Both the position numbers and the translations under genes were made by a program. Positions 61,438-64,000 of a DNA stretch of 64,000 bases are shown here, in pieces. Numbering within the stretch: the stretch's first letter is position 1; every line of letters starts with the position of its first letter. This DNA comes from a virus (Duplodnaviria > Caudoviricetes). The notes below the pieces were generated by a model that was not told the origin of the DNA, searched no databases, and worked only from the letters and a program-made list of their open reading frames with translations. The DNA lies in IMG/VR virus record IMGVR_UViG_3300032116_000002. One strand, given 5' to 3'.

Positions 61438-64000
61438 TTATGAATTCACTGGGACATTAAAGTTGCCTGTCGCTCTGGTCAAGATTGCTACATTACCAGC
61501 AGATATGCTAACGCTTAACGCATTACCTGTCTGTCTACCAATCGTAAGACCACCTGAACTTTGAGATACCCATGTTAAGTTTCCAGCGCCATCTGTTTTA
61601 AGAAATTGATTAGCAGCACCACCGTAAATCTTAAGATTAGCTACATTGCCTAAACTGACATTAGAGCCTGTAAAACTAACTGCTCCTGAATATGCAGCTA
61701 GATTCAATGCAGATTTTGTGCTACGCCATGAATTAGTTTCCCAAATATATAATGTATCTGTGTATGCGTCAAACGCTAAGTCACCATTTGTGTTATCAAC
61801 TAAAGGTAAGTAACTTACATCTTCAACTACCATGACTGTAGGAACAACCGCGACGCCACTCGGGGCTATTAATGTAGCTGTACCGGCTACTTCTTGAATT
61901 TTATTTTTAAAGCTTGGTGTGTTCTCAACATATGTTGCTAAGTCCTGAGGTACGAATTGACCTGAAGAAGCATCATATACAAGACACATCTGATTGACCA
62001 TACTTGGTATTGGTCTTATCTCTACTGGTGTCTTATGTCCTTCTTTACCGTGCTGAAAATAAAGCACCGGATTACCGTTAATATTGGTTTCTACAGCTAA
62101 ATTTTTAATTGTGATAGCACCACGCATACCTGAATGATGACCACATTGATAGAATAATGTGTCAGGCGCATTATTTGCTACAGTAAATGTTAGAACATTA
62201 GCACCCGAAGCACCATTACCTCTAGAACCAGTAATACCAGTGGTATATTCTCCTACATACTGATTAGCGACGAATCCAGTGCCATTATCAGTTGTAATAT
62301 AGAATGGATGATTTGATAATGAAGTATCTAGATTAAATGTATAAGTTGCGCCGCGATATAATGGTCCTATGTTTCTGTTTTCACCGACACCACTTCCACT
62401 AATACTAAATGCACTACTGCCATTTGCAGCAACGTTGTACGTTACGTTGCTTGGTAGATTTAATGTTGGTATTGTTATATTCGCTGGAACCGAAATATTT
62501 AATCGTTGAACTGTGGTGTTAGCACCACCATTGATATCAGGGTGACTGAATGTTACGTTACCTGCATTTACAGCCCAACTTACTAAATTATCTAGACCTG
62601 CACCATCTACCCATTTAAGATATAATCCATGTCTTTGATCCAAATTGCCATGTATTTCATTAGCAAAGTTGTTGACTTGGTAAGTTCCTTGTCTGTATAA
62701 AGGAACTTGTATCTGTTGTTGATTAGTAATACTAGTTCTGGCATATGGCAATGAACTCTGAGTCCATGTCCATAACCAATGTATGTCATTACCAGGACCT
62801 GATCCATTTGCATTAATCGTGAGAACTTCAGGTGCAATAGTTAAATTAAATGGTAGTACATCTTCAGACGATAATGCAGTGTTACCTAAATAAATTGTAT
62901 TACCTTCTAAAAATAAATCTTTAAATCTGTTAGTTGAATTACCTAAGCTGTATGTATTACTAACGCTAGGTATTATGTTACCTGACATTGTTAAGCTAGT
63001 TAGATTACCCACGCTCGTAATGTTTGGTTGTGCGTTTGTTGTAACTGTGCCTGAAGTACTTGCACTTGTAATAGTGCCAGGATTGTTAGTTCTAATTTCA
63101 ATTACACTGTTTGCATCAGGAGCTTCTACGAAAGTAACAGTATTCCCTGTTAATGTATAAGCTTCGTTAGGTTGATATGTACTGTCTATGTAAACACTTA
63201 TATATTTTTTTGCTTCAGGAGTCTGATTTAATGTGAAGATAGTCTGTGTTCCATTCGCAACGAATGAATCAAAATACAGATCACCTACTGTAGTTCCTGC
63301 ACTACTACCCCAACTTAAATTACCATTACCGTCTGTTTGTAATATGTATCCGTTACTACCACCTGTAATTTTAACATTGCCTATATTACCTAAATTTGAT
63401 TCACCTGTTACAGTTAAAGTTGTTAAATTACCTACACTTGTAATATTTGGTTGAGCATTAGTGTAAACAGTTCCTGCTATAGCTGCATTATTAACTTGGC
63501 CTGTGACATTTGCGCCAGCAACACTTACTGCTGTTTGTGCTGTGCCTGAATCAGTTGCATATGTTGCATTTGCAACTGCACCACTTACATTAGCACCAGA
63601 TAGTGATGACAATCCTGCACCATTAGCAGAAATTTTATCAACTGTTAATGTTTTTGTACTTGTATTAAAAACTAGATTTGCACTCGCACCTAATGCACCT
63701 GCATTATTATACTGAAGTTCTGTATTTGATCCAGCTGGGTTTGACGAAAAGGTCCAAGGATTACCATTACTATATAAAAGGTTATCTGTCTTTACATTTC
63801 CGATTGCAGCATTTGTGGTTACAGTTAAATTACCTAATGTACCAACACTAGTAATGTTAGGTTGTGCATTTGTATAAACAGTGCCTGCTACTAATGCGTT
63901 ACCTACTTGACCACTAACATTTCCGCCTGATACACTTAGTGCTGTTTGTGCGGTACCTGAATCTACAGCATATGTTGCATTGGCTACGGCACCGGTTACA
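61438..64000 (-). CDS. Fibre shaft protein with cupredoxin-like domain, 5'-truncated by window edge
   Basis: Manual translation shows the frame is open from 63999 (VTGAVANATY...), so the track start at 63612 is internal. Contains NHPF...FYQCGHHSGM. Confidence 0.85.
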   Translation of the reverse strand, partial: VTGAVANATYAVDSGTAQTALSVSGGNVSGQVGNALVAGTVYTNAQPNITSVGTLGNLTVTTNAAIGNVKTDNLLYSNGNPWTFSSNPAGSNTELQYNNAGALGASANLVFNTSTKTLTVDKISANGAGLSSLSGANVSGAVANATYATDSGTAQTAVSVAGANVTGQVNNAAIAGTVYTNAQPNITSVGNLTTLTVTGESNLGNIGNVKITGGSNGYILQTDGNGNLSWGSSAGTTVGDLYFDSFVANGTQTIFTLNQTPEAKKYISVYIDSTYQPNEAYTLTGNTVTFVEAPDANSVIEIRTNNPGTITSASTSGTVTTNAQPNITSVGNLTSLTMSGNIIPSVSNTYSLGNSTNRFKDLFLEGNTIYLGNTALSSEDVLPFNLTIAPEVLTINANGSGPGNDIHWLWTWTQSSLPYARTSITNQQQIQVPLYRQGTYQVNNFANEIHGNLDQRHGLYLKWVDGAGLDNLVSWAVNAGNVTFSHPDINGGANTTVQRLNISVPANITIPTLNLPSNVTYNVAANGSSAFSISGSGVGENRNIGPLYRGATYTFNLDTSLSNHPFYITTDNGTGFVANQYVGEYTTGITGSRGNGASGANVLTFTVANNAPDTLFYQCGHHSGMRGAITIKNLAVETNINGNPVLYFQHGKEGHKTPVEIRPIPSMVNQMCLVYDASSGQFVPQDLATYVENTPSFKNKIQEVAGTATLIAPSGVAVVPTVMVVEDVSYLPLVDNTNGDLAFDAYTDTLYIWETNSWRSTKSALNLAAYSGAVSFTGSNVSLGNVANLKIYGGAANQFLKTDGAGNLTWVSQSSGGLTIGRQTGNALSVSISAGNVAILTRATGNFNVPVNS
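61722..63048 (-). repeat. ~1.33-kb duplicated block, copy 2
   Basis: Colinear with 53790-55116. Confidence 0.9.

Noticed and set aside
36318-63048. Diversity-generating retroelement TR/VR pair
   Set aside because: No reverse transcriptase in the window; repeats are all coding and differ mainly at third codon positions, not specifically at adenines.
1-64000. CRISPR array or alternative genetic code
   Set aside because: No regularly spaced identical repeats; conserved genes (nrdA, nrdB, aceA, iscU) are full length under code 11 and use TAA, TAG and TGA as stops.

Overview
AT-rich fragment of a large lytic dsDNA phage genome, most likely a T4-like contractile-tailed myovirus. Evidence: PAAR spike, class Ia RNR plus glutaredoxin, SleB-like hydrolase, T4-type TAAATA late-promoter motifs and a long virion-fibre operon. 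The host is probably a proteobacterium, inferred from the AhpC/AhpD, IscU and AceA types. Five blocks: (1) 1-1.7 kb, a dense regulatory locus missed by the ORF track, with a leader-peptide attenuator, a 49-aa ORF, a sigma70-driven ~185-nt multi-hairpin ncRNA candidate and a 185-aa PLMP-like+HNH (IshB-like) nuclease; (2) 1.7-3.9 kb, small genes and ahpC-SGNH-ahpD; (3) 4.0-20.3 kb, a ~16-kb tailoring-enzyme cluster with 6 radical SAM enzymes, 2 glycosyltransferase-like proteins, 4 HxD..H oxygenase/cupin proteins, a methyltransferase, a QueC-like ATPase, a GNAT, 2 pseudokinase-like proteins and an atypical SDR, flanked by iscU, with TAAATA motifs at three of its operon heads; (4) 20.3-30.6 kb, SleB, PAAR, glutaredoxin and an nrdA-aceA-nrdB operon behind a perfect sigma70 promoter; (5) 30.7-64 kb, a minus-strand array of fibre/receptor-binding genes in repeated shaft-adaptor-tip cassettes, with about 21 LamG-like domains, three Gly-rich proteins and two cupredoxin-like domains. 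No tRNA, rRNA, CRISPR array, reverse transcriptase, integrase or intein was recognised. All family assignments are from motif recognition by eye; no searches were run.
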